Shown one piece after another: positions 36,173-45,476 of a DNA stretch of 64,000 nucleotides. The DNA is from Candidatus Bathyarchaeota archaeon (lineage in GTDB: Archaea; Thermoproteota; Bathyarchaeia; Bathyarchaeales; Bathycorpusculaceae): positions 28,272 to 92,271 of the forward strand of contig JAOZHV010000044.1 of the NCBI GenBank assembly GCA_026014725.1, in the 5' to 3' direction. Every line of letters starts with the position of its first letter. Position 1 is the first letter of the stretch. Position numbers and translations under genes: made by a program. The notes under the pieces are model-generated. The model had not been told where the DNA came from. It made no database searches and saw only the letters and a list, made by a program, of their open reading frames with translations.

Positions 36173-37231
36173 ATGGGTAGCGTAAAAGACTTAGAAGTAA
36201 TCCAGAAACCAACCCAAACCACCATGGGTATTGGCAGATTCCACTTTTCTGACCGCTACAGCGTTTTTGACTGGGGTGAAATGCCTGACCACATTGACGC
36301 TAAAGGCGCGGCACTGTGTCTTATGGGTGCTTACTGCTTTGAACAACTAGAGCAGTTAGGAGTTAGAACTCACTATAGAGGCTTAGTGGACTCAAACGGA
36401 AAAGCGGTTAGAGTTGCAGAACTAAAGCAGCCCTCCAGCATCATGGAAGTGGCTCTGGTTAACGTTTACAAACCAAAAACAAGCGTGGTCAATAGCAAAA
36501 TAATCTACGACTACAGTGCATACACACCTGCCCTCAAAAATTGTCTCATTCCACTTGAAATCATCTACCGCAACGGTTTGCCCGAAGGCTCCTCAGTCTT
36601 TAAACGGCTACAACAAGGCAAAGTGACCCTGAAAGACCTTGGTTTAGACCACCAGCCAAAGCCAGGCGAACAGTTAGCCAAACCTATATTTGATGTTAGC
36701 ACAAAGCTTGAGGAAACTGACCGCTATGTTACTTGGGCGGAAGCGCAGAGAATCGCTGGTTTATCAGAACAAGAATTGTCTGATATTAAGGCTGTGTTGT
36801 TAAAAGCTGATGAAACCATAACTGAGGTTGCCTCGAAAGCTGGCTTAAAAAATGAGGATGGCAAAATAGAGTTAGCCTTTGACGAGCAAAGGAGACTCAT
36901 GGTCGTGGATGTGGTGGGAACGCTTGACGAGTGCAGGTTCACATACGAGGGTGTGCATGTCAGCAAAGAAGTTGCAAGGCAGTTTTACAAGAAAACAAGC
37001 TGGTATGACCACGTTGAGCAAGCCAAGAAAGAGGCGGAATCCCAAGGTATTCAGGACTGGAAAGCACTCTCCAAATCACAGCCTCCAAAACTTGACCCTA
37101 AACTTAAAAGAATAATCAGCCAAATGTACATGGCAACCGCAAACGAAATGGCAAGCAAGCGCATGTTTGACTCACCCAAGCTTGCTACTGTTGTTAAAGA
37201 ATATACGCAATATATGAGTGAATCGGCATGA
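36173..37231 (+). CDS. purC: SAICAR synthetase
   Basis: MGSVKD, FSDRYSVFDWG, IPLEIIYRN, STKLE, DGKIE and GTLDECRF motifs. Confidence 0.95.
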   Translation: MGSVKDLEVIQKPTQTTMGIGRFHFSDRYSVFDWGEMPDHIDAKGAALCLMGAYCFEQLEQLGVRTHYRGLVDSNGKAVRVAELKQPSSIMEVALVNVYKPKTSVVNSKIIYDYSAYTPALKNCLIPLEIIYRNGLPEGSSVFKRLQQGKVTLKDLGLDHQPKPGEQLAKPIFDVSTKLEETDRYVTWAEAQRIAGLSEQELSDIKAVLLKADETITEVASKAGLKNEDGKIELAFDEQRRLMVVDVVGTLDECRFTYEGVHVSKEVARQFYKKTSWYDHVEQAKKEAESQGIQDWKALSKSQPPKLDPKLKRIISQMYMATANEMASKRMFDSPKLATVVKEYTQYMSESA

Positions 37232-38325
37232 TGAACGATAAAATAAAACAAGTAATCAGCAACTACGACCAAAAGAACATCCGAATAGGCGTCTTAGGCA
37301 GTCACAGTGCTTTGGAAATTGCTTCAGGCGCCAAACAGGAAGGCTTAGAAACCGTAGTTGTATGCCAAAGGGGCAGAGACAAAACCTACACAAAATACTA
37401 CAAAAGTGTCTTTGACCACGTTTTAATGCTCGACAAGTTCTCTCAGATAACAAACCAAGAAAACGTCAAAAAACTCACCGACTTAAACACTGTTTTTGTT
37501 CCTAACCGTTCCTTCTCCGTTTACGCTGGCTACGAAGCCATAGAACAACAATTCGCCGTGCCCATTCTTGGCAACCGCGCCATGCTACGCACAGAAGAGC
37601 GCAACACGCCAAGAAACCAACTGTACCTACTCCAGAAAGCTGGCATCGCAACGCCTAAAACTTTCAAGTCCGCCCAAGATATCGACCGCTTAACTATAGT
37701 GAAAGTTGCAGAGAAAGAACGTGCCATAGAACGCGCCTTCTTTTATCCCTCAAACCCCAGCGAATTCAACAAGATGGCTAGCGAGCGTATTGCAAAGGGC
37801 ATAATAACCCAAGAAGCCCTCGACCAAGCCCTAATAGAAGAGTATGTTATTGGCGCAAAGTTTAATGCTAACCTCTTCTGGTCACCTCTCACAGACGAAA
37901 TCGACCTGCTCGGTTTTGACAGGCGAATCCAAACTGACCTTGACGGCGTCTTAGATTTGCCCGCGCAAGAGCAATTAGAACTGAAAATCGCCTCACAAAA
38001 TATTGAAATCGGGCACATGGGCGCCACAATGCGGGAGAGCCAAATCGAAAAAATCTTTGATGCAGCAGAAAAATTTGTTGCTACATGCAAAAAAGAGTAT
38101 CCGCCTGGGATGATTGGTTTGTTCGCGTTGCAGGGAGCAGTAACGAAAGATTTGGAATTCTACGTGTTTGATGTTAGCCCGCGTGTGCCAGGGTGCCCTT
38201 GCGTTGAGCCCACTTCACCCTACATGAAATACAAGTACGGCTTCGAAGTAGGTCCAGGCAGACGAGTCGCCATGGAGATTAAGCGCGCGGTTGCGGAAGG
38301 TAGACTTGCAGAAGTGGTCACATGA
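37228..38325 (+). CDS. purP: PurP-family ATP-grasp enzyme, paralog 1
   Basis: GSHSALEI, PNRSF, GFDRRIQT, RESQ and GRRVAMEI motifs. Confidence 0.9.
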   Translation: MMNDKIKQVISNYDQKNIRIGVLGSHSALEIASGAKQEGLETVVVCQRGRDKTYTKYYKSVFDHVLMLDKFSQITNQENVKKLTDLNTVFVPNRSFSVYAGYEAIEQQFAVPILGNRAMLRTEERNTPRNQLYLLQKAGIATPKTFKSAQDIDRLTIVKVAEKERAIERAFFYPSNPSEFNKMASERIAKGIITQEALDQALIEEYVIGAKFNANLFWSPLTDEIDLLGFDRRIQTDLDGVLDLPAQEQLELKIASQNIEIGHMGATMRESQIEKIFDAAEKFVATCKKEYPPGMIGLFALQGAVTKDLEFYVFDVSPRVPGCPCVEPTSPYMKYKYGFEVGPGRRVAMEIKRAVAEGRLAEVVT

Positions 38326-39407
38326 TTGAAAGCCAAGACATTGCCAAAATCTTAGAGAAATATGACACAAGTAAGTTGGCAGTTGGCACTTTAGGCTCGC
38401 ACAGTTCGCTAAACATTTTCAAAGGCGCCAAAGAAGAGGGCTTTCGCACCGTTTGTATCTGTAAAGAAAAAGACGTCATCATGTACCAAAAGTACCCACT
38501 CGTTGACGAGTTAATCATTGTTAAAGACTTCACGGAGCTTCTCAACGAGCAGTTGCAGGAGAGACTACGCAAACTAAACGTTGTCCTCATTCCACACGGC
38601 TCATTCACCGCCTACCTTAGCACAAAAGAGTTAACTGACAGCCTCTTTGTGCCAATGATGGGCAACCGCAAACTGCTCCACTGGGAAGCCAACCGCAAAA
38701 GCCAAGAAGAATGGCTAAGACAAGCAGGACTCCGACTGCCAGCCACCTTCAAGTCACCAGACGACATCGACAGACTAATTATCGCTAAACTGCAGGGTGC
38801 AAAAGGCGGCAGAGGCTACTTCCTTGCCAACTCGCCGAAGGGCTTCTACAAGAAAGCCAACGAAATGATAAAACGCGGCTTGCTCACCAAACAGGACATT
38901 GATAAAGTGCACCTGCAAGAATACGCGCTTGGCGTGAACGTTTACCCAAGCTACTTCAGCTCAACCATAAACGACGATGTAGAGCTACTGGCAATGGACA
39001 GACGATACGAATCAGCCGTGGACTCAATCGGCAAAATTCCAGCAAGCGAGCAACTCGAAATCGACATTATCCCTACGTACACTGTGGTAGGCAACTTCCC
39101 AATTGTGCTTCGAGAATCCCTGTTGCCCGAGATGATGCGCATGGGTGACAACGTCCAAAAGAAAGCCAAAGAACTCGCTCCCCCAGGCATCATCGGACCA
39201 TTCTGTCTCGAAACCGTAATAACAGACGACCTGAGAATCTTTACGTTTGAAATTTCTGCACGAATCGTTGCAGGCACGAACGTTGGAATCGGCACGTCAC
39301 CTTATGCTTACTTGCGGTACGGCGAGAACATGTACATGGGCAGACGCATAGCAGTGGAAATTAAGCATGCAATTAAGCAGAAAAGGCTACATGATGTTGT
39401 AGCTTAA
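38322..39407 (+). CDS. purP: PurP-family ATP-grasp enzyme (FAICAR synthetase), paralog 2
   Basis: GSHSSL, PHGSF, GAKGGRGYF, DRRYES, GPFCLE and EISARIVAGTN motifs. Confidence 0.93.
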   Translation: MIESQDIAKILEKYDTSKLAVGTLGSHSSLNIFKGAKEEGFRTVCICKEKDVIMYQKYPLVDELIIVKDFTELLNEQLQERLRKLNVVLIPHGSFTAYLSTKELTDSLFVPMMGNRKLLHWEANRKSQEEWLRQAGLRLPATFKSPDDIDRLIIAKLQGAKGGRGYFLANSPKGFYKKANEMIKRGLLTKQDIDKVHLQEYALGVNVYPSYFSSTINDDVELLAMDRRYESAVDSIGKIPASEQLEIDIIPTYTVVGNFPIVLRESLLPEMMRMGDNVQKKAKELAPPGIIGPFCLETVITDDLRIFTFEISARIVAGTNVGIGTSPYAYLRYGENMYMGRRIAVEIKHAIKQKRLHDVVA

Positions 39408-39427
39408 AAACATTTTTTATACAGTTT

Positions 39428-39964
39428 TTATAATGCAGATATGTCAGTGATTTCTACTGCGGTTATTTTGCCTTTTTTGTCATAGTGAATTATTGCTTTT
39501 CCGTCTTCTGTAGGTTCTCCTTCGGTTACTTCAGTAGTTTTGAATCGTATGTAGAGGTCACCAACATTCTCATCGAAGTCTAGCGTTATCACTCTTCTAG
39601 GTAACTTTACGTTGTATTTTGCTTCCATACGCTCCAGTACTTCTCGCGCATCGATTTCTAGGAGAGTTTTAATTTTCTGAATGTTCTGTACCTCCTTGTT
39701 TTTCTTGTGGTACTTGTATAGTATGCGGTTCTTATAGCCTTCATCTTCTATACTGTAAATGACTACAAGAAAATCCGAAACATCACCCACTCGCCTTAGA
39801 GCATGAAAGGCACCAGTTGGGTCAACATACACCTCGTCAGGGTGAGCAACAGTATCCAAAATTAACGCAACAGCGTTTTTAAGCTCTGGATGCCTCAGAA
39901 CAATGTGTCGCCACCGCTTCTGTCTTAATGCAACATTTGTTCCATCGAAAGCAACAGTACTCAT
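39428..39964 (-). pseudogene. Frameshift-fused toxin-antitoxin pair: RelE/BECR-like nuclease plus DUF2283-like partner
   Basis: RWRHI..RHPEL N-terminal half; an alternative frame after ~39733 gives RTAYYTSTTRKTRRYRTFRKLKLS* (stop 39660-39658); C-terminal half GDLYIRF...HYDKKGKITAVEI. Confidence 0.75.
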
Positions 39965-40009
39965 GAAAAGCATCTTTAAATGTCTAGATATTTAAGCTAA
40001 ACCAAGAAA

Positions 40010-40768
40010 TCAAGCGTAAAACTGAAGCAGAGCCTCAAAGTTGCTTCGGGTTCTATTTTTCTTGTAATTTTTCAATGCATTCACTAACTCTTGTTTGTTT
40101 CTCACTCCAAGGATTTGAGCTATAGATTTAGCCGTATTGCTGTTGCCTTGGAAGAGGAACTGGCAAACGGATGTAACGTTTGATGCGTTGCGTTGTGTGC
40201 TGGCGGTTTCAAAATCCACAATAAACGGCTTACCTGACTTGTCTACGAGAAGGTGCTTGGGCGCTTTGCTGAGTTCGCCGTGGTCTAAGCCTGCTTCGTC
40301 TAAGCGCCAGCACTGCTCAAGGATGTCAACTAAAACCCTGCGCACGGCCCCTGAGGTTTTGTGTTTTCCCAGCCAATCCCCAAGTAAGTCACCATCAACA
40401 AGCTGTGACAAAAGAAAATTATCGCTGACAGCAACAAATTGTGGACCAACCCCGACCGCGTTGGCTCTTTGCAGCATTTCTGCTTCGTGCTTAAGGTTAA
40501 CTCTGTCGGCGTCTACCCTGCGTATCTTCAATGCGAACCTTTCACTACGTACATGCGCTACTACGACTATGCCGACATAGCCTTTACCAAGCACGGGAAC
40601 GTTGAAAGCTGAGGTTTTACCAGAGAATTCTAAAGTTTCTATGCCCAGTGCACGCAGTTCACTGACGCGATTCTGTATCTCCGTTGCTGTTGTCCTTGGG
40701 TAACACAAGATAGATGCATAAGGCTCGCTGTCTAGCTGTTCAAGTGGTATTGTCGTGGGAATTTTCAC
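40010..40768 (-). CDS. RIO/Bud32-like Ser/Thr protein kinase
   Basis: LGKGYVGIV, ALKIRR, HGELS and IVDFE motifs. Confidence 0.88.
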   Translation of the reverse strand: MKIPTTIPLEQLDSEPYASILCYPRTTATEIQNRVSELRALGIETLEFSGKTSAFNVPVLGKGYVGIVVVAHVRSERFALKIRRVDADRVNLKHEAEMLQRANAVGVGPQFVAVSDNFLLSQLVDGDLLGDWLGKHKTSGAVRRVLVDILEQCWRLDEAGLDHGELSKAPKHLLVDKSGKPFIVDFETASTQRNASNVTSVCQFLFQGNSNTAKSIAQILGVRNKQELVNALKNYKKNRTRSNFEALLQFYA

Positions 40769-40847
40769 TTATTTAGCCTCAGCAAGTCTTTTAGGTTTAA
40801 TAGAAACCTTTAGTTCAAACATAAACCTATCCTAAAAGGGTCAAGCA

Positions 40848-42962
40848 ATGCCAAGATTCAAACAGACAACACAAATTCACCAGCTCATGAGCCAAAAAGA
40901 GTTAATCCGAAACCTAGGCATAATAGCGCACATTGACCACGGAAAAACCACGCTTGCCGACTCGTTGCTGGCTGGCGCAGGCATGCTGTCGCCTCAAATG
41001 GCAGGCTCCGCAAGAGTATTAGACTACCTCTCAGAAGAGCAGAAGCGGAAAATCACAATCAAAACAGCCAACATGTCCCTACTCTACAAAACCCAAAACG
41101 GCAACTACATAATAAACCTCGTTGACACGCCGGGGCACGTGGACTTCACAGGCAAAGTCACAAGAGCACTCCGCGTGATCGATGGCGCAGTGGTCGTAGT
41201 AGATGCTGTGGAGGAAATTATGGCTCAAACCGAAATCCTAGTCAAGCAAGCTCTCGAGGAACGTGTGCGCCCAGTGCTTTTCATAAACAAAGTTGACCGC
41301 CTAATCACCGAACTGCAGCTAAGCGAGGCGCAAATCCAAAACAAACTAGACCACATAATCAGCCGCTTCAACGACCTAATAGAACTCTACGCTGAGGAAC
41401 AATTCAAAGCCCGGTGGAAAATCAGTGCTTCTTTGGGCAATGTGGCTTTCGGCGCGGCCTTGCACGGCTGGGGCTTCACGCTTGGCATGGCGAAAAAGCA
41501 AGGCATAAAGTTTTCAGACATCATAAAAGCGTACGCTGCCAAGAAGCAGGAAAAGTTGCAGAAGCCTTTGCCTGTTTACAAAGCAATATTTGAAATGGCA
41601 ATCAAGCACCTTCCAAATCCCCAGCAAGCGCAGGGTTACCGAATTGAGAAGATTTGGGGTGGAAGCGTTGGTTCCAATGTTGGTAAGGCTCTGGTTGAAT
41701 GCAGAGATGACGCGCCTAAAGTGTTGTTTGTGACCTGCGTACGTACCGACTTAAACGGTGACACCATAGCCACAGGGCGAGTCTTCTCAGGCACCATAAA
41801 AGAAGGCGACAAACTACACCTCATGAACGCTGCCGCTGAAACTGAAGTTATAGATGTTGCTCTTGAGATGGGCTTGTTTAGGGAAGACGTCAGCGATGTT
41901 TCGGCTGGCAACTTGGCATCCGCAACTTTGGCTGGAACCGTTAAGGTAGGCGAGACGCTTGTTGATTTGGAGCACCAAGAGAAGATGGTGCCTTTTGAGG
42001 GTATCCGTTATGTTTCTGAGCCTGTGGTGACTGTGGCTGTTGAGCCAAAAAACCCCAAAGACATTCCCGCCTTACTAAAGGGGCTTGAGAGGCTTGCAGG
42101 CGAAGACCCAAACCTCAAGCTGACTATTGATAAGGAAACTGGCGAATACCTCTTGAGCGGCATGGGCGAGTTGCACTTAGAGATAGCCGTCAACGAACTC
42201 AAACGCGAACGCAATGTTGAGGTTGCGATTTCTTCGCCAAGAGTTCTCTACATGGAAAGCATACAGAAAAGCGGCATAGTAGCCTTGGCGAAAAGCCCAA
42301 ACAAGCAGAACAGTTTCTGGGTGCAAGTGGAACCTAACGCAGAGAAACCAGCAAAAGCCGAAAAGGGCAAAACTCTCAGGGTTGACGAGCACCACAACAC
42401 ACTTGTGGATTGTAACGGAAAAGCGAGGTCGGTTTCCGCGGAAGTTTTAGATGCAATCTTGAGCGGGTTTGAGTTTGCTTGCAAAGCAGGACCCTTATGC
42501 AGTGAGCCAGTGCAGCGGGTGCGGGTGAACTTGGTTGATTTCCAACTTGGCAATGAGGTTGACGGTTCAGAGGTCATGCGTGGAATCGGCAAAGCAGTCT
42601 TTGGCAGTTTTCTAACAGCTGAGCCCGTCTTGCTTGAACCCATCTACAAAATAATCGTTACCGTTGCCTCAGAGCTTGCAAGCGAATCCACACGGATACT
42701 GACCACAAGGCGGGGCAAAGTTACCTCATATGAACAGAAAGGGCTTCTTACCTGCATCAGCGGCAGCATCCCGGTTTCAGAAACCTTTGGCTTCGCTAAG
42801 GAAATTCGCTCAGCAACTTCGGGAAAGGCAATCTGGCAAACATTCTTTGATCACTGGGAAAAAATACCTAAAAAACTAGAAACGCAAACAATCAGTGAGT
42901 TGCGTCAGCGGAAAGGGCTTGCGTCAGAGGTGCCTAAGCCAGACAGGTTTCTGGAGCAATAG
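40848..42962 (+). CDS. Elongation factor 2 paralog (aEF-2p-like), no diphthamide motif
   Basis: AHIDHGKTT, RKITI, DTPGH, NKVD, GMGELHLE, SPNKQN and LLEPI motifs; the domain IV loop reads DFQLGNEVDGSEV instead of LHEDxxHRG. Confidence 0.9.
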   Translation: MPRFKQTTQIHQLMSQKELIRNLGIIAHIDHGKTTLADSLLAGAGMLSPQMAGSARVLDYLSEEQKRKITIKTANMSLLYKTQNGNYIINLVDTPGHVDFTGKVTRALRVIDGAVVVVDAVEEIMAQTEILVKQALEERVRPVLFINKVDRLITELQLSEAQIQNKLDHIISRFNDLIELYAEEQFKARWKISASLGNVAFGAALHGWGFTLGMAKKQGIKFSDIIKAYAAKKQEKLQKPLPVYKAIFEMAIKHLPNPQQAQGYRIEKIWGGSVGSNVGKALVECRDDAPKVLFVTCVRTDLNGDTIATGRVFSGTIKEGDKLHLMNAAAETEVIDVALEMGLFREDVSDVSAGNLASATLAGTVKVGETLVDLEHQEKMVPFEGIRYVSEPVVTVAVEPKNPKDIPALLKGLERLAGEDPNLKLTIDKETGEYLLSGMGELHLEIAVNELKRERNVEVAISSPRVLYMESIQKSGIVALAKSPNKQNSFWVQVEPNAEKPAKAEKGKTLRVDEHHNTLVDCNGKARSVSAEVLDAILSGFEFACKAGPLCSEPVQRVRVNLVDFQLGNEVDGSEVMRGIGKAVFGSFLTAEPVLLEPIYKIIVTVASELASESTRILTTRRGKVTSYEQKGLLTCISGSIPVSETFGFAKEIRSATSGKAIWQTFFDHWEKIPKKLETQTISELRQRKGLASEVPKPDRFLEQ

Positions 42963-42966
42963 TGCC

Positions 42967-43827
42967 ATGCGGCTTGAAGTTGCATTTGACTTGGATTTTT
43001 CGCTGTGTTGTGGGCAAGTGTTTAGGTGGCGCAAGGTTGGCGAGTGGTGGTATGGCGTTGTCGGCGAACGTGTCTTTAAGGTTCGGCAGAACGGTGCTGA
43101 ATTGGATTTTGAGAATGTTGACGAGCACTTTGTGCGGTTCTATTTCGGTTTGGACGATGATTTAGCGCAAATCAGCACGTGCATCGCAAAAGACGACACC
43201 ATCCGACTGGCGTTGCGCAAGTTTGAGGGTTTGCGGATTGTTCGCCAAGACCCTTGGGAATGCCTAATCAGCTTTATCTGCGCCACTTACAAGAGCATAG
43301 CCGCCATCGAACTGATGCTGCAAAAGCTTTCGGTAAAGTTTGGCGAAAAACGGGTGTTTGCCGGGTTGGAATTTTACACTTTTCCCTCAGTGGAGCGCTT
43401 GGCGTTTGCGAGTGAGCGTGGAATGCGTGAGTGTGGTTTAGGTTACAGGGCAAAGTACGTGCAGGCAACAGCCAAAAAGATACATGAAGAGAAAATAAAT
43501 CTGGAAAGCTTAAAGTCCCTGCCCTATATGGAAGCCAGGAAAACGCTTCTCGGGTTCGCTGGGGTCGGCTTGAAAGTGGCGGATTGCGTGTTGCTGTTTT
43601 CGCTTGAGAAGTTGGAGGCTTTCCCAGTGGATGTGTGGGTTAAACGGGTAATTTTGAACCATTACTGCGACCATTTCCCGGAGGCGCTGGTTAAGAGAAT
43701 GGGAAGCCACGACTCCTTAACGAACAGTGAGTACGAGAAAATCGGTGCTTTCGCAAGAAGCTACTTTGGGCGTTACGCTGGGTACGCCCAAGAATACCTC
43801 TACCATTACGAGAGAACGCAACGTTAA
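42967..43827 (+). CDS. ogg1: 8-oxoguanine DNA glycosylase (OGG1-like, HhH-GPD)
   Basis: CGQVFRW, RQDPWECLISFI, GLGYRAKY, GVGLKVADCVLLF, FPVDVW and YAGYAQEYLY motifs. Confidence 0.9.
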   Translation: MRLEVAFDLDFSLCCGQVFRWRKVGEWWYGVVGERVFKVRQNGAELDFENVDEHFVRFYFGLDDDLAQISTCIAKDDTIRLALRKFEGLRIVRQDPWECLISFICATYKSIAAIELMLQKLSVKFGEKRVFAGLEFYTFPSVERLAFASERGMRECGLGYRAKYVQATAKKIHEEKINLESLKSLPYMEARKTLLGFAGVGLKVADCVLLFSLEKLEAFPVDVWVKRVILNHYCDHFPEALVKRMGSHDSLTNSEYEKIGAFARSYFGRYAGYAQEYLYHYERTQR

Positions 43828-43947
43828 AATCCTTTCAAACAGCAATCGCCTAACTGCCATTTTGGTTATTGCAAATGCAATTTAGGTCTTTTTTAGGCTT
43901 TTTCGTTGTTTTCTAGGCTCTAAGTCACATTTTCCTTGGTATTCTGC

Positions 43948-45390
43948 TTAACTTGTTTGGTTCCAATAGTAAATTTGCGAGTACTTTCCAGCAACTGGGA
44001 ACGCTGAGTCATCAATGATTATGTCCAGCCTCTGCCCGTGCCTCACCAGTGCATCTTGCAGTCGGGGCCAGAACTGCTGATACTCCGCTGTCGGTTTCCA
44101 CAATCCCCAAACAGTGTCGTTTATATCTCTCAAACCCCACCCGCAATTTTCGGGCAAAACAAACGCGGCTTCAGCTTTCACTCCTCCATGAGCTACAAAG
44201 GGGTTTTGCACCACTTCATTCCAGAAACGCTCAAGAGCCCTGAAATGTTCCTCCTGTAATGTACCATAAGGCCCAGTCATGTTCTCAGCGTAGTTGAAGA
44301 CGACCACATACTCTGCGCCGCATTCGTATGAGAGGCGCATTTGGTCATAAATTTCTTGCTCACTTGCTAGGTATGGCTCTTGAGTATACTTCCACGTTAT
44401 AATCGTGCCCCAACTCTTGTTTTGCAAGTTTGCTGCGCCGCGCACAAGGGCGATGTCTTGTGTTGTGCTGTGGTTCCAGCCTAACTGAGCAAGCACCACA
44501 TCGTAACCTGATAGATAGTCGAACCAGTAAAGGCCATAGTCAGATGTGATTAAAGTGTAATTGAGTGGTCTAAGTTTGTCTAGCTCTGATTTGCCTTCTT
44601 CAACAAACCTTTTGGTTACTTCATCGTAGGTTTGAAAGGGGCGCGCATTCCACAATTCCTCGTAGGTGTACTCTAAGGTAGATTTGTCTTCAACTACCAC
44701 AGTAACCGGCTCTCCATATTCCCATATTGTAATATTAGAATCGTCTGTGGCATGGGACGGTTTCATTTGTTGAGTTGTAACTGTAATTGTTCCGTTCACA
44801 AAGTAGGTTATCGTTACAGCTGTTGGATTTCCATTATCGTATGACTGTGTACCACTTACCATGATTGTTCCATCTGGGTCATAAGTCGTCCAAGTTCCGT
44901 TTTTATTTACTTGAAGACCGCCAGAAGCATATTTGGTAATGATGGTATCGGGTTGCTTGTCATGGAAGTTTCTGTTACTGTCAAGCATTTTTCCGCCTAG
45001 TTCGTCACCAAAATATATGCCTAAGAAACTGTTGTTCCAGTGGCCATCATAGGTATCCATCCACAACTTTATTGTCCACATACTGTCTGTTCCAAAATAG
45101 ATGATGAAGCTCATTCCCGCGTTCACTGCGTAGTCGCCGACTTCGTTGATGGCAGAAGGATAAATTAGTAGCTGTCCTGATTGTAACACGAAAAGATTAG
45201 TGTAGCCTTTCACTTTATCAATAAGCAATTTCGCTTCGGCTACTGAGTTTCCGCAGTAAGTGACGCCCACATAGAACGGTTCTTTCTTAGTGCTTGAGGA
45301 GGCAGTGTAGTTGATGGCAGTGATTAATCCAACCAACAAAATGAACACCACAACCGCTGAAAGCACCACAACCCGCTTCACCAGTCGCAT
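43948..45390 (-). CDS. Uncharacterised N-anchored exported protein (paralog 1 of 3)
   Basis: N-terminal TM; motifs YVGVTYCG, DELGGK, TSDY.LYWFDY, LGWN and WGTIITWKY shared with the paralogs. Confidence 0.8.
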   Translation of the reverse strand: MRLVKRVVVLSAVVVFILLVGLITAINYTASSSTKKEPFYVGVTYCGNSVAEAKLLIDKVKGYTNLFVLQSGQLLIYPSAINEVGDYAVNAGMSFIIYFGTDSMWTIKLWMDTYDGHWNNSFLGIYFGDELGGKMLDSNRNFHDKQPDTIITKYASGGLQVNKNGTWTTYDPDGTIMVSGTQSYDNGNPTAVTITYFVNGTITVTTQQMKPSHATDDSNITIWEYGEPVTVVVEDKSTLEYTYEELWNARPFQTYDEVTKRFVEEGKSELDKLRPLNYTLITSDYGLYWFDYLSGYDVVLAQLGWNHSTTQDIALVRGAANLQNKSWGTIITWKYTQEPYLASEQEIYDQMRLSYECGAEYVVVFNYAENMTGPYGTLQEEHFRALERFWNEVVQNPFVAHGGVKAEAAFVLPENCGWGLRDINDTVWGLWKPTAEYQQFWPRLQDALVRHGQRLDIIIDDSAFPVAGKYSQIYYWNQTS

Positions 45391-45476
45391 CTCCAAGAGA
45401 TTTTTACTCAGCATCCCACGGGGTGGCTTATTAAATTTTGCCAAAATCGCACACCGCGTGCTCTCATGGTTTCTGG

